In this document: one piece after another, positions 48,841 to 58,755 of the stretch
How positions within the stretch are numbered: the first letter of the stretch is position 1
How the letters are laid out: every line of letters begins with the position of its first letter
Notes under the pieces: model-generated
Told to the model about the DNA's origin: nothing
What the model saw: only the letters and a program-made list of their open reading frames with translations
Database searches by the model: none
Position numbers and translations under genes: made by a program
DNA from: Cenarchaeum sp.
Lineage (GTDB): Archaea; Thermoproteota; Nitrososphaeria; Nitrososphaerales; Nitrosopumilaceae
Direction of reading: 5' to 3'
Assembly (NCBI GenBank): GCA_965206845.1
Contig: OZ242221.1
Span: 1,120,001 to 1,184,000 of the forward strand
DNA: 64,000 bases

Positions 48841-49184
48841 AATATGCCGAACTTGCTTGACTCCATCTCTTCCTTTATGGCAAGCTTGAACCGGGGCGAG
48901 CCGGCCTCCACCCTCTGCGTCAGCCACGCAATAAACTTCTTGTCCATGCCCCTGCCCTTTATCCTCTCAAAGTCGGGCCCCATCTGCTCTGCCAGCTTCT
49001 CAACCAGCTCCCTGTTTACGCTGACCACGAAGAAGTGCCAGCCGAACGCAAACTCCGAATCGGTCACCGCAAACTCCTCCTGAGAGTGCACCATCTCCTC
49101 CAGGCTTCCGAGTACCGAGATGATCGCCATGCTTGTCTTGTCATAGTCCACCGCGGACACGTTGATGTTGATCCTGCTCTGCAT
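48837..49184 (-). CDS. Conserved hypothetical protein
   Basis: MQSRININVSAVDYDKTS...TDSEFAFGWHFFVVSVN. Confidence 0.7.
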   Translation of the reverse strand: MQSRININVSAVDYDKTSMAIISVLGSLEEMVHSQEEFAVTDSEFAFGWHFFVVSVNRELVEKLAEQMGPDFERIKGRGMDKKFIAWLTQRVEAGSPRFKLAIKEEMESSKFGIF

Positions 49185-49321
49185 GATACCAGATTGCTCC
49201 CTGCAAGATAAAAGGGTTATAGGCCCGTTCCGGACATGGTGCCAGGCCGCCCCGGCGCCCCCGCAGGGCGCCTGCGTCGGGCATGGCCGGGCATCTGCAT
49301 CCATTCCGGCAGGCGCGCCGC

Positions 49322-50065
49322 CTACTCCAGCAGGTGCTCCACTTCTATGTCAAAGAAGGTGCGCAGTATCCCCATGTACGTCCGTATGGACTCCGGTATC
49401 TCCTCGGTGCACGTGACGCCCAGGTTCCTTGCGTTGATCCACATGGTCACCGACTGGAGTATGGTGAGGAACCGGTCGTTCTTTGCGTCCGGCGACCCTA
49501 TCGCCCGGGTGTAGCGCTCCGAGTACTCCCAGGCGGTGACAAAATCGATGCACTTTACGCCAAACACCGCCCGCAGCTGCTCCTGCAGGCTTGACGCCCG
49601 CAAGAACGGCGCCTGGCTCACAATGTACGGAAAGTCCACCAGGGTGGGGAGGCATCCCGGCAGCGGGCTCCACACCGTGACCACCCTGCAGCCCTCCTTT
49701 AGTCCCTCAAACTTTGGCATCATCGCGTCTGTGATGCCCTCATCGGCAAACCAGAACAGGACCACCGTTGCATCCGACAGGTCGGCATCCCGCACGTCGC
49801 CGCACACAAACTCCACGTTACCCTGAATGCCCCCTGCGGACTCGATCTTGCTCCGGTCGGTGTCTATGCCCACGGATCTCCTGGCGCCATACCCTGACGC
49901 AATCCTGACCCCCGAGCCGTCACCGCACCCCAGGTGGTAAAAGACGTCCCTCTCCCCCAGCCCCACAAGATCAAAGATGCTCCGCAGCGAGCTCTCGGTA
50001 AGCTGGACCTGTTCCCCGGAGATTATCTCGCCCGGAAGCGAGTCGATGTACTCCTCGATTCTCAA
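49322..50065 (-). CDS. Class I SAM-dependent methyltransferase
   Basis: FYHLGCGDG motif I, VGID, DLSDATVVLFW. Confidence 0.85.
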   Translation of the reverse strand: MRIEEYIDSLPGEIISGEQVQLTESSLRSIFDLVGLGERDVFYHLGCGDGSGVRIASGYGARRSVGIDTDRSKIESAGGIQGNVEFVCGDVRDADLSDATVVLFWFADEGITDAMMPKFEGLKEGCRVVTVWSPLPGCLPTLVDFPYIVSQAPFLRASSLQEQLRAVFGVKCIDFVTAWEYSERYTRAIGSPDAKNDRFLTILQSVTMWINARNLGVTCTEEIPESIRTYMGILRTFFDIEVEHLLE

Positions 50066-50115
50066 CCTGTCTATTTCTGGGGCTGGTAAATTTATGTCTA
50101 GATGGCGGTACGGCC

Positions 50116-50382
50116 CTAGTCCTTGATGCCTTCCAGCTTGGCCACGGCCTGCCATATGGTGGTCCGGACAAAGGACGGCATGTTGGGATCCTGGGTGATG
50201 TCCTCGAGGGCGCTCATGGCGTTTGCGGCGCGCACGGCCATCGAGTACTCGCCGCTCTCAAGATCCGAGACCATGTCCGCGATGCTCTTCTTGATGGTCT
50301 TTGGCGTCGCCGGGCTTGAGGCTATCTGGCTGAGCGTGGCTATGGACTCTGTCAGTGTCCCCTTGTTCTTCTCCTTTGCCAT
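50116..50382 (-). CDS. UPF0147 family protein
   Basis: TPKTIK, VRAANAMSALEDITQDPNMPSFVRTTIW. Confidence 0.9.
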   Translation of the reverse strand: MAKEKNKGTLTESIATLSQIASSPATPKTIKKSIADMVSDLESGEYSMAVRAANAMSALEDITQDPNMPSFVRTTIWQAVAKLEGIKD

Positions 50383-50386
50383 TCCC

Positions 50387-50695
50387 CTACACCTCTACGA
50401 AGACGTTCCCTGACTCTACGGTCACCTTGTACTGTTGCAGATCCTTTATGGCAACGGGAAACTTTGCAAGCTTGCCGGTCGTGCAGTCAAACTCCGCGCC
50501 GTGCCAGCCGCAGACCACGCTGGTTCCGTCCAGCGTCCCCTCCGAAAGGCTGGAGCCTGCATGGGTGCATGTGTCGTCAACCGCATGGTAGGTTCCGTCC
50601 AGGTTTACAACCATGACGTCCCTGCCGTCAACGGTGACCTTGTGGAGGCTTCCGGGGGCCATGTCTGATGCCTTGCCAGCTATAACTCTTCCCAT
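50387..50695 (-). CDS. Rieske [2Fe-2S] ferredoxin
   Basis: CTH...CGWHGAEFD. Confidence 0.92.
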   Translation of the reverse strand: MGRVIAGKASDMAPGSLHKVTVDGRDVMVVNLDGTYHAVDDTCTHAGSSLSEGTLDGTSVVCGWHGAEFDCTTGKLAKFPVAIKDLQQYKVTVESGNVFVEV

Positions 50696-50836
50696 GAAAT
50701 CCATCGGCGGCCCATTCTTAATAGTTTTTACATTTTGGGTGAGCGTTTGCAACCCCCGTCACGACCCGCGCCTGCGCCCGGTCGCGGGTTATGGCGCAAT
50801 TCCCATATTCTTATACGCGCGGCGGTGCAATACGTG

Positions 50837-51391
50837 ATGATGACAGAGCAGCCGCAGCCCTTGGGCGCCCACGACGCCATCATGCTGACGATGACTGCCA
50901 AGGGAGACAATCCCATTGGGAGGACCGCGCTGCAAAAGATAATCTATTTCGAGTCCCTCAAGGTTCCGGCCAGCATATCCTACAGGTCCCACTACTTTGG
51001 CCCCTTCAGCAAGGATGTGGCGGCCGCGCTGGAGGATCTCATAGTGGCCGACTGCATCGATGAGAGGGTAACACTGGCATACGACCACGAGTCGTACTCC
51101 TACAACCTGACTAAGGAATGGGTGGAGCTGGCCAGGGAGGACAGCAGGAGAAGCCCGCACTACGCAGCCATAAAGGACGTCGTAGACGGATGCGACGAGT
51201 TCTGCCGGCTGCGGCCCAGGGAGCTCTCCCACGCCGCCAAGGCGCATTACATTCTAAGCGCAAGCCGCAGCAAAGGCGCGATCACGCGCAGCGACGTCAA
51301 GAAGGCCGGCGAGGGCCTTGGGTGGACGATATCTGAGAATAATGCGGACAGGGGCTTTGAGCTCCTTTCACGGTTGGGCCTTGTCACGTAA
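50837..51391 (+). CDS. YwgA/SocA(DUF4065)-like winged-helix protein
   Basis: GRTALQKIIYF...YRSHYFGPFSKDV...L......I.E...Y.Y.LT pattern. Confidence 0.7.
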   Translation: MMTEQPQPLGAHDAIMLTMTAKGDNPIGRTALQKIIYFESLKVPASISYRSHYFGPFSKDVAAALEDLIVADCIDERVTLAYDHESYSYNLTKEWVELAREDSRRSPHYAAIKDVVDGCDEFCRLRPRELSHAAKAHYILSASRSKGAITRSDVKKAGEGLGWTISENNADRGFELLSRLGLVT

Positions 51392-52748
51392 CACCGGACA
51401 CGACTTTCGGTACAAGTCCATCAGGGATCCACTCTATGGGTTTGTGGGCCTCTCCCGGGAGGAGACCAAATTGATCGACACGGATATCTTCGGCAGGCTG
51501 CGGAGGATCAAGCAGCTGTCGCACGCCTATGTGGCGTACCCCTCGGCGGTGCATACCCGGTTTGAGCATTCGCTTGGGGCGGCCCACATCGCCGGCAGGA
51601 TGTGCGACGAGCTGGATCTCGATGTGGAGCAGAAGCGGCTTGTCAGGATGGCGGCCCTTCTGCACGATGTAGGGCACGGCCCGTTCTCCCACCTGTTCGA
51701 GCATGTCCTCCGGTGGGCCAATCCCGGGATGTCAGATATCCACGAGCGCATAACCCGGCTGATCGTCGAGGAAGACGGGGAGATCGGCGACATCCTGGGG
51801 GACGACAGGAGGAGGATCGTCGATCTCCTGGACGGCAGGGCTGACACCACCGGCGACATCCGGGAGTTCTCGCTGCTCTCGCAGATCATCTCAAGCGGAC
51901 TGGATGCCGACAGGCTGGACTACCTCAGGCGCGACTCGTACCATGTGGGCGCCGCATACGGGACCTTTGACCTGGAGAGGATACTCTACACGCTGAGAAG
52001 GACCCCTGGCAGGGAGCCGCTGCTGGCGGTGGACGCAAAGAGCGCGGGGGCCGTGGAGAACTACCGGATTGCGCGATACCTGATGCATGCCCTGGTCTAC
52101 GGGCACCACGCGCACCTTGCGGCGGACCGCATGTTCCTGCATGCGATGCATGCCGCAATCTACGACGAGGGGATCATCGACCGGAACCGTCTCAGGATGG
52201 ACTCGCCGGGGAGATTCCTCCCCTTTTACAGGAGCCTGGATGACGACTCCGTCAACGATCTAGTCATAAACGATCCCAAGGCGGGCCTGTCAAGGGAGAT
52301 ACTGAACCAGATCCGCCGGCGCAAGCTGCTAAAGCGCTCCTGCCAGTTTAGGGTGCAAAGGACACTGCCCCTGAGGGACGCGGGGCAGGCCGGCGAGATG
52401 CAGCGCCTGCGGTCCAAGAAGCGGATAGTCGAGATGCCGCAGCGCGAGCTGGACTCTGTGGCAGCAGAGGTGGCCGGGGATCTCGGCCTCGGCGTCCACG
52501 AGATCGTACTCCACAGGTTTGACACGGAGACAAAACTGTTCGGCGAGATGGACATCCTGCTGCTGGACGACGGCCAGGTTCACGACATGAAGGCGATGTC
52601 GCCCATATCTGCCCACGTGGGGTACGTCAAGTTCTACGCGTTCGGCCCGGAGGACGGCGCCGTCCGCAAGAGGATTGCCCAAAAGATCGCCGAGAGGCTG
52701 GAGATCGACGCGTCCGTGCTTGGGCTGGCAGCGGATCGGGCGCCGTAG
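51381..52748 (+). CDS. HD-domain phosphohydrolase (YwfO/SAMHD1-like dNTP triphosphohydrolase family)
   Basis: IRDPLYG, RLRRIKQL, HTRFEHSLG, ALLHDVGHGPFSH, LDADRLDYL.RDS, VYGH. Confidence 0.9.
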   Translation: MSRNTGHDFRYKSIRDPLYGFVGLSREETKLIDTDIFGRLRRIKQLSHAYVAYPSAVHTRFEHSLGAAHIAGRMCDELDLDVEQKRLVRMAALLHDVGHGPFSHLFEHVLRWANPGMSDIHERITRLIVEEDGEIGDILGDDRRRIVDLLDGRADTTGDIREFSLLSQIISSGLDADRLDYLRRDSYHVGAAYGTFDLERILYTLRRTPGREPLLAVDAKSAGAVENYRIARYLMHALVYGHHAHLAADRMFLHAMHAAIYDEGIIDRNRLRMDSPGRFLPFYRSLDDDSVNDLVINDPKAGLSREILNQIRRRKLLKRSCQFRVQRTLPLRDAGQAGEMQRLRSKKRIVEMPQRELDSVAAEVAGDLGLGVHEIVLHRFDTETKLFGEMDILLLDDGQVHDMKAMSPISAHVGYVKFYAFGPEDGAVRKRIAQKIAERLEIDASVLGLAADRAP

Positions 52749-52808
52749 CCCGGCGGTACCCGCCAAAGACGCCGACACTCTTTTGTATGCGTCTGCCACA
52801 GACGGGGC

Positions 52809-52985
52809 ATGAAGGTATCATGGGATGAGAAGATCTGCATTCACTCAGGCAAGTGCGTACAGAACCTTCCGTCCGTGTTTCGCGTGCAGGACGGCCGGTT
52901 TGTCATAACCCAGGACGGCGCAGACCCAGGGGAGATCAAAAGGGTGGTAGGGTTGTGCCCGTCCGGAGCCCTAAAGATAGAGTGA
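52809..52985 (+). CDS. Divergent 4Fe-4S mono-cluster protein (Fer4_19-like)
   Basis: Manual translation MKVSWDEKICIHSGKCVQNLPSVF...VGLCPSGALKIE. Confidence 0.85.
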   Translation: MKVSWDEKICIHSGKCVQNLPSVFRVQDGRFVITQDGADPGEIKRVVGLCPSGALKIE

Positions 52986-52986
52986 G

Positions 52987-53059
52987 GGCCTCCGGGGGGA
53001 ATCGAACTCCCGTCCGGGGATCCACAGTCCCCTATACTCACCACTATACGACGGAGGCC
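52987..53059 (-). tRNA. tRNA-His(GUG) with genomically encoded G-1
   Basis: GCCTCCG acceptor stem, GGGGA-CTGTGGA-TCCCC anticodon arm, GTTCGATT T-loop, discriminator C. Confidence 0.95.
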
Positions 53060-53275
53060 ACAAGATTCACGGCAATGCATTCCAGTATTAATCTTTGAGA
53101 TCGCCCCCGGAATATGCGGCGCGCCTGACATGGTACAGCAGGTAGCCATACGGCACCCTGACACCCAGATGCCCGGACAGCCGTGACCCGACGCCTACCG
53201 CATAGGCGCATGCGGAGCTTGCGCCGCGGCGGCTCCGACTCTAGGTTTATTATTAACTGCATCAAAAAATCGGGC

Positions 53276-53359
53276 ATGAGGCGCTACTGGTGGATTACCA
53301 TGGCCGTTGCCGCTGCGCTGACCTACGTGGGCATGGTCTATTACCTTCCCTGGAAGTAG
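53276..53359 (+). CDS. 27-aa single-TM microprotein
   Basis: MRRYWWITMAVAAALTYVGMVYYLPWK; TTTATTATTAA box 20-30 bp upstream of the ATG. Confidence 0.55.
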   Translation: MRRYWWITMAVAAALTYVGMVYYLPWK

Positions 53360-53400
53360 CGTCACACCCTGACGATCCGGGGCCCGCGGGTGGCTTGCGC

Positions 53401-54261
53401 CTAGGGGTCGTCAAACCGCACCACATTCGAGATGGCTCCCAGCCCCTGGATCTCCATGTCTATCCTGTCGCCGTCCTTCAGAAACCCAAAGCGGGAGCTC
53501 TTCAGCGCAACGCCCGCGGGCGTGCCGGTGGAGATGACGTCGCCCCGCTCCAGGGTCATCCCGCGGCTGAGCCTTGATATTATCTGCGGTATCCTCACGG
53601 ACATGCCGGCGGTGGTGGCGTCCTGCCTTGTCTGGCCGTTGACCCTGGTCACAAGCTTCAGGCTGTGGGGGTCTGCTATCTCGTCTGCGGTGGTGATCCA
53701 GGGCCCGCATGGCGCAAAGGTGTCCATGCCCTTTGCCCGGCCAAACTGCCCGTCCTTAAACTGGATGTCCCGGGCTGTCACGTCGTTGAGTATCATGTAT
53801 CCTGCCACCGCACCCATGGCCTCGTCCTCGGATACGTTCCTGCACTCCCTGCCCATCACAAAGGCAAGCTCGATCTCATAGTCCAGCTCCCTCACAAAGC
53901 CCGGGCACCTGATGTCTGCGTACGGCCCGGTCAGGGCGGTGCGGGGCTTGAAGACTATGACGGGGCCATCAGATACCGCGACATTCTGCTCTGATGCGTG
54001 ATCATAATAGTTGAAGGCAAGGCATATGATCTTGGGCGGCGCATCGATGGGCGCAAGGACCGTAAACCCGTCCAGATCCTGCTCGTATGATATCCCCTTT
54101 GTGCGTATCTCCTCCAGCCAGCCGTCAAAGAGAAAGCTCTTGACGCTGGCAGGCACCGGCACGCCGGTCTGGCGCGCCATGTCCTCCATGGTGGCCACCA
54201 TGCCGTCCCTTACCACGCCATACGTGTTGACGCCCCCGCTGCAAAGCCGTGCCACCCTCAT
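53401..54261 (-). CDS. Fumarylacetoacetate hydrolase family protein
   Basis: KIICLAFNY.DH, LDYEIEL, NDVTARD, AKGMDTF, TGTPAGV. Confidence 0.93.
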   Translation of the reverse strand: MRVARLCSGGVNTYGVVRDGMVATMEDMARQTGVPVPASVKSFLFDGWLEEIRTKGISYEQDLDGFTVLAPIDAPPKIICLAFNYYDHASEQNVAVSDGPVIVFKPRTALTGPYADIRCPGFVRELDYEIELAFVMGRECRNVSEDEAMGAVAGYMILNDVTARDIQFKDGQFGRAKGMDTFAPCGPWITTADEIADPHSLKLVTRVNGQTRQDATTAGMSVRIPQIISRLSRGMTLERGDVISTGTPAGVALKSSRFGFLKDGDRIDMEIQGLGAISNVVRFDDP

Positions 54262-54267
54262 GATATC

Positions 54268-55998
54268 CTACCTGTGGGTCATGATCGCCCGGTACCCGGA
54301 CTCCTTCCTGCAGTAGCCAAACCTGACAAACTGGATCTCCGTGTCGTCGGCAAGCTCGAGATAGTGCGGCTCGACTGCCACCTCCTCCACCACCAGGCTG
54401 TCCTCGTTGAACTTGCCGTCCACAAAGAGGCGGTTGGTGATTATGAGATTTATCTTGTGCGCCACCCTCCGGGGAACCCACTGCACTATGGGGTAGCCCT
54501 TCATCTCGTCCCCCGAGTACTCCCCTGCCAGGCGGCCTTCGGATGTGATCCTCACGTTGCCCAGCCCCATGAGCCGGATGCAGTCTCCCCGGGACAGCCT
54601 CTCCGCATCGTCGCCAGAGATGAGCACGGTGTCATCGGTTGCCAGCATGCGGCTGCCCAGGTCAGCAGACGGGTGGTTTGCAAGCCTTACCGGGGATGCG
54701 GGCATGCCCCCGACTGCCAGCTCCGTGGGCCTTCTTGCCATGTGCAGCCTGATGCTTGTGGCATCCACCGCCTTGCGGTTAAACGCCTCGAGCGCCCCAA
54801 AGGGCGCCAGCGTGTTTGACTTGGTGAACCCCAGGGACAGGATGAACCTCCTTATGGCCTCGGGCCTTATGCCGCGCCTCCTCATGGCCTCCAGCGTGGG
54901 AAGCCGCGGGTCGTCGTACCACGCGACCTTTTGCTCCTCGATCAGCGGCCGCAGTATCCTCTTGGACACGGGCATGCCCTCAAACTCCAGCCGGGCAAAC
55001 TCCAGCAGGACGGGCTTTCTCATGCCCAGGTCGTCCAGTATGGAACAGTACAGTTGGTCCCTCAGCTCGTACTCCTTGGTCCTGAAGGCGTGCGTGACGC
55101 CGTCGGAGCTGTCCTCAATCGCCACCGCAAAGTCGTAACCCGGCCAGACCCGGTACCGGTCAAGCGTCAGGGGGTGCCGGGCGTCGATTATCCTGAATAT
55201 GATGGGATCCCTCATCACCGTGTTCTCCGAACCCATGTCGCCCCGGTACCTGGCAACGGCCTCGCCGGGCTTGTACTTCTCAAACATCCTCTCCCACATG
55301 TCGTGGTTCTTTCCGGGCTCTGCCCTGCTGCACCTGCAGGGCGCCTTTCTCTGGCGGTTCCTGCTGATCTCGTCCCGCTTGCATGTGCAGACGTACGCGT
55401 GGTTTGTCCTTATCATCTCGGCGCCCTTGGCGTACAGCAGCCCCATGTCGTCTGACGTGTTCTTGATTACGTCGTACCGTATGCCCAGCCACTCCAGGCC
55501 CACCTTTATGGCCGCATAGTACTCGAGCCGCTCCCCCTCGGGGTTGGTGTCGTCCATCCTGAGGATCTTCTTTCCGCCATACCTGTCGACGTACCACTCG
55601 TTTATGATGGCGGCCTTTGCGTGTCCTATGTGCGGGTAGCCGCTTGGCTCCGGCGGAAACCTCGTCACCACGCCGCCGTCCTGCGCGCCCTCAAGGGGCG
55701 GAAGCGCCTGCCCGGTGGAGTAGCCCGCATCTGTGGGGGCGTCCCCTGCGGCATCGCCGGGGCCCGGCTTGGCCGCGTCCTGGTACTCTGCCAGGGCGGC
55801 CCCCTGCTGCTCTGCTGACATGCCGTTGATCTCTGCCACCATATCTGCAATCTCGCCCATGATCTCCTTTGCCTGGCCCCTGTACTCGGGCCTTGCGCCC
55901 AGCAGCTTTGCCAGGACGATCCCGTCGCGGGTCCTGCCGCCGTGCGCGGCGGCATTCTGCAGGGCTATCCTCCTGATGTCGTCTGCGGGCGCTGCCAA
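54268..55998 (-). CDS. gltX: Glutamyl-tRNA synthetase
   Basis: TRFPPEPSGYPHIGH, DDTNP, WYDDPRLPT. Confidence 0.96.
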   Translation of the reverse strand: MAAPADDIRRIALQNAAAHGGRTRDGIVLAKLLGARPEYRGQAKEIMGEIADMVAEINGMSAEQQGAALAEYQDAAKPGPGDAAGDAPTDAGYSTGQALPPLEGAQDGGVVTRFPPEPSGYPHIGHAKAAIINEWYVDRYGGKKILRMDDTNPEGERLEYYAAIKVGLEWLGIRYDVIKNTSDDMGLLYAKGAEMIRTNHAYVCTCKRDEISRNRQRKAPCRCSRAEPGKNHDMWERMFEKYKPGEAVARYRGDMGSENTVMRDPIIFRIIDARHPLTLDRYRVWPGYDFAVAIEDSSDGVTHAFRTKEYELRDQLYCSILDDLGMRKPVLLEFARLEFEGMPVSKRILRPLIEEQKVAWYDDPRLPTLEAMRRRGIRPEAIRRFILSLGFTKSNTLAPFGALEAFNRKAVDATSIRLHMARRPTELAVGGMPASPVRLANHPSADLGSRMLATDDTVLISGDDAERLSRGDCIRLMGLGNVRITSEGRLAGEYSGDEMKGYPIVQWVPRRVAHKINLIITNRLFVDGKFNEDSLVVEEVAVEPHYLELADDTEIQFVRFGYCRKESGYRAIMTHR

Positions 55999-55999
55999 G

Positions 56000-56967
56000 T
56001 CAAAGGCTCCTCTTTACGACAAAGTCCAGCAGGGACTCCAGCTCGTCTTTTGCGGCGCCCGAGTACGCGCCCAGGCGGGTGCGCGCCCTCTTGGCGTACC
56101 GGTTCGAGCGGAGCCTGACGGCATCCTCTATCCCCAGATCCCGGATCACGCTCACCGCCGCGTCTAGGTCCTCCTTTGTGGCGCCGGGGTTTCCAAAGCA
56201 CTTCAGTATGGCGTCCCGGTCGTCCCCGTCGCCCCGTCAATCGCCGCCAGTATGGGCAGGGACTTTTTGCCCTCCCGCAGGTCGTTTCCCACGGGCTTCT
56301 TTGTGAGGCCAGGATCCCCCATCACGCCGATGAGGTCGTCAGTTATCTGGAATGTGATGCCAAGGTTCTTCCCGAATGCGGACATGTTCGAGATGTCATC
56401 CCGCCCGGCGCCGGCGCAGATGGCGCCCATGGAGCACGAGACGTCAAAGAGGGCCGCGGTCTTTTTGCTGATCATCCTGACGTACTCCCTCTGCGACGGT
56501 ATCCTGCTGCTCTGGGACATGGCTATGTCCAGCTGCTGGCCCTCGCATATGTCGACGCACCCCCCTGCCAGCCTGCCCATGAGCTCCGTTGCCATATCCT
56601 GTGGGGCAAGGCTCGCTATCACCTGGTACGCCTTTGAGAAGAGCACGTCGCCTGCCAGGATCGCCAGCGGAACCCCAAACTTGCTGTGGGTGGTGGGGAC
56701 GCCGTGCCTGACCTCGTCGTTGTCCATTATGTCGTCGTGCACCAAAGAGAAGTTGTGGATCATCTCGACTGCGGCGGCAGCTGGCATGGCGTCTGCCGGC
56801 TTGCCTCCCAGGAGCTGGCAGCTCTTCAACACCATGTACGGCCGGAGCCTCTTTCCGCCGTTCCTGATCAGGTGCGATGCCGCCACATACAGGCTGTCGG
56901 GGCTCCCCCGTAGCCTTGCAAGGAGGTACCGGTTTACAGCGCCGGCGCTCTTCTGCGGCCCACTCAC
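56000..56967 (-). CDS. Geranylgeranyl diphosphate synthase (IdsA), single frameshift near 56225
   Basis: GGKRLRP, FSLVHDDIMD...RHG, FQITDD, DLREGK; the tail DDRDAILKCFG...LLDFVVKRSL continues in the shifted frame to a stop at 56000. Confidence 0.9.
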
Positions 56968-57602
56968 CTGACCAGCCTCCAGTTGCCGTCGGGGATGTGC
57001 TTCCGTATGGACTTTGCCAGCTGCTCCCTCATGGCAGGCCCGGACCACTCCTCCAGGACGCTGCCGTACTTTTCCCGCGCCCCGGCGTCGGACTCCGGAA
57101 GGAGGTATAGCGCGATGAGCATCCAGGGGCAGTACATCATGACGTCCTCCCTCATGCCTGCCAGCAGCTCGCCGGGGGACACCGTGGCGACCTCGCTTAT
57201 CTCGCCTGCGTCCACGCCAAACCTCTCATTCTGGTCCACCAGCCCGATTACGGTTCCGCAGACCTCGTTCTCGGATCCCACGTCCATGTACGGCACGTGG
57301 TACTCGAACTTGAAGAGGTAGTCCATCTTGCAGGCCGCCCCCATCTCCTCGGGCATCCTCCTCTCTGCGGACGAGACATACGTCTCAGACTCCCGCGGGT
57401 GGCTGGCAAACGTCCCGTCCCATATGCCGGGCCACAGCATCTTGGTGGGGCTCCGCCGCGCCAGGACCAGCCTGCCGTCCGCGTCAAAGAGCAGCGCGGT
57501 GAACGCGCGGTGCAGCCTTCCGTGGGGCAGGTGGCACCTTACCTTCTCGTCCGTGCCGGTCCGGCGATCGTCCCCGTCTACCAGAACTAGATACTCAGTC
57601 AT
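56964..57602 (-). CDS. idi: Isopentenyl-diphosphate delta-isomerase, type 1 (Nudix fold)
   Basis: K..CH...G.LHRAF, K.LWPG.W...ASHP, SENEVC, PW motifs. Confidence 0.9.
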   Translation of the reverse strand: MTEYLVLVDGDDRRTGTDEKVRCHLPHGRLHRAFTALLFDADGRLVLARRSPTKMLWPGIWDGTFASHPRESETYVSSAERRMPEEMGAACKMDYLFKFEYHVPYMDVGSENEVCGTVIGLVDQNERFGVDAGEISEVATVSPGELLAGMREDVMMYCPWMLIALYLLPESDAGAREKYGSVLEEWSGPAMREQLAKSIRKHIPDGNWRLVR

Positions 57603-57603
57603 C

Positions 57604-58347
57604 TTACCTGCCTCTGAATAGGGTGCCCCGGAATTTCTTTCTTTTTACCGCGTCTGCGATGCGCCCGGGGTCGTGGCCGTTTACAAAGAACACGTCGTGG
57701 CCCATACCGGATATCTGCATGGCCTCCTGCACCTTTCGCGCCATTCCGCCGGTGACGTCCATTCCGTTATCAGACGTGCGGAAGCTCTGGCCGTCCACCA
57801 CGTCTATGACGGACTCGGACTCGGGATCCCGGTACAGGCCGTCCACGTCCGTGGCAAATATGCAGAGCCGCGGCTTTAGCGTCCGGGCCATCATGCCCAC
57901 GATGCGATCCCCCGAGAGTATGTACGATGCGCCCCGGCCGTGCCAGAGGGCGTCGCCGTACGTCACCGGGGTCATGCCGGACTCGGCTATGTCCCCAGCC
58001 TCCCTTATGCCTGCGGGGGCGGCCCTGCCCCCCCTGACAAAGCCCGCCGGCGGCAGGCAGTACGGGCTCATGCCGCACCGAAGAAGCGAGTCCAGGATTA
58101 TCTTGTTCAGCTCTACCATCGAGTTCTTTACGGTGGCCACGCCCCGGGCGTCATGCCTCTCGGGCCTTGTGTGCATGTCGTACTTTACAGACCAGTGGTG
58201 CCCAAAGGAGCCGCCCCCGTGCACTATGACCAGCGGCTCGCCGAGATCCGCCAGGACATCTGCCATGCCGTCTATGGTTTTGTGCCTGGGCGTCAGCGGC
58301 TTGCCCTTGTCGGTGATTATCGAGCCGCCCATCTTTAGGATTATCAT
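57604..58347 (-). CDS. ipk: Isopentenyl phosphate kinase
   Basis: LKMGGSIITDK, HGGGSFGH, ILSGD, TDVDG, DVTGGM..K. Confidence 0.93.
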   Translation of the reverse strand: MIILKMGGSIITDKGKPLTPRHKTIDGMADVLADLGEPLVIVHGGGSFGHHWSVKYDMHTRPERHDARGVATVKNSMVELNKIILDSLLRCGMSPYCLPPAGFVRGGRAAPAGIREAGDIAESGMTPVTYGDALWHGRGASYILSGDRIVGMMARTLKPRLCIFATDVDGLYRDPESESVIDVVDGQSFRTSDNGMDVTGGMARKVQEAMQISGMGHDVFFVNGHDPGRIADAVKRKKFRGTLFRGR

Positions 58348-58386
58348 GATATCATCCTGCATATTTTCATGCAGTTAAAGGTATTC

Positions 58387-58755
58387 GGGAATTATATGCC
58401 TGGTTAGCGACCATGCCTTTTTCTGGCGCTCTCTCCGGCACTTGGCTCTCGTGCCTTGTTAACGGAGCGCATGGGAGCAATCCCATGCTGGAATCTCGCG
58501 CCTTGGGACGACATTCCCTGCCGCCCTGTTGCCCAAATGGCAACTTGTATGCGGCATTGACGTCCGCGTTGTCTGCACATCCACATTTGTCATTCGTGCA
58601 TTTGAACTCCGCCTGCGCGGACTGTCTGTCGGATATGGGACTCCATGACGGTATTCCTTCAGTCAGCTCAATCAACAGCGCAGGAGAGCCAAGTGTGGGA
58701 TGGATCGCAGGAACGTCAGAAAAAGGCCTGGTTGCTAATCAAGTATATGGTTCCC
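58387..58755 (-). mobile_element. 369-bp TIR element with ATTC 4-bp TSD carrying a tnpB 3' fragment
   Basis: TIRs begin GGGAA (36/45 matches, then a further 12-bp CACTTGGCTCTC match); ATTC at 58383-58386 and 58756-58759; interior encodes QAEFKCTNDKCGCADNADVNAA. Confidence 0.85.

Noticed and set aside
50760-53059. tRNA-His-integrated island carrying the YwgA/HD pair
   Set aside because: No integrase and no duplicated tRNA 3' end at the left boundary.
56964-57602. Type 1 IDI as recent horizontal transfer
   Set aside because: Sits in the core mvk-ipk-idi-GGPPS-gltX operon with host-like codon usage; type 1 IDI is known from this archaeal group.
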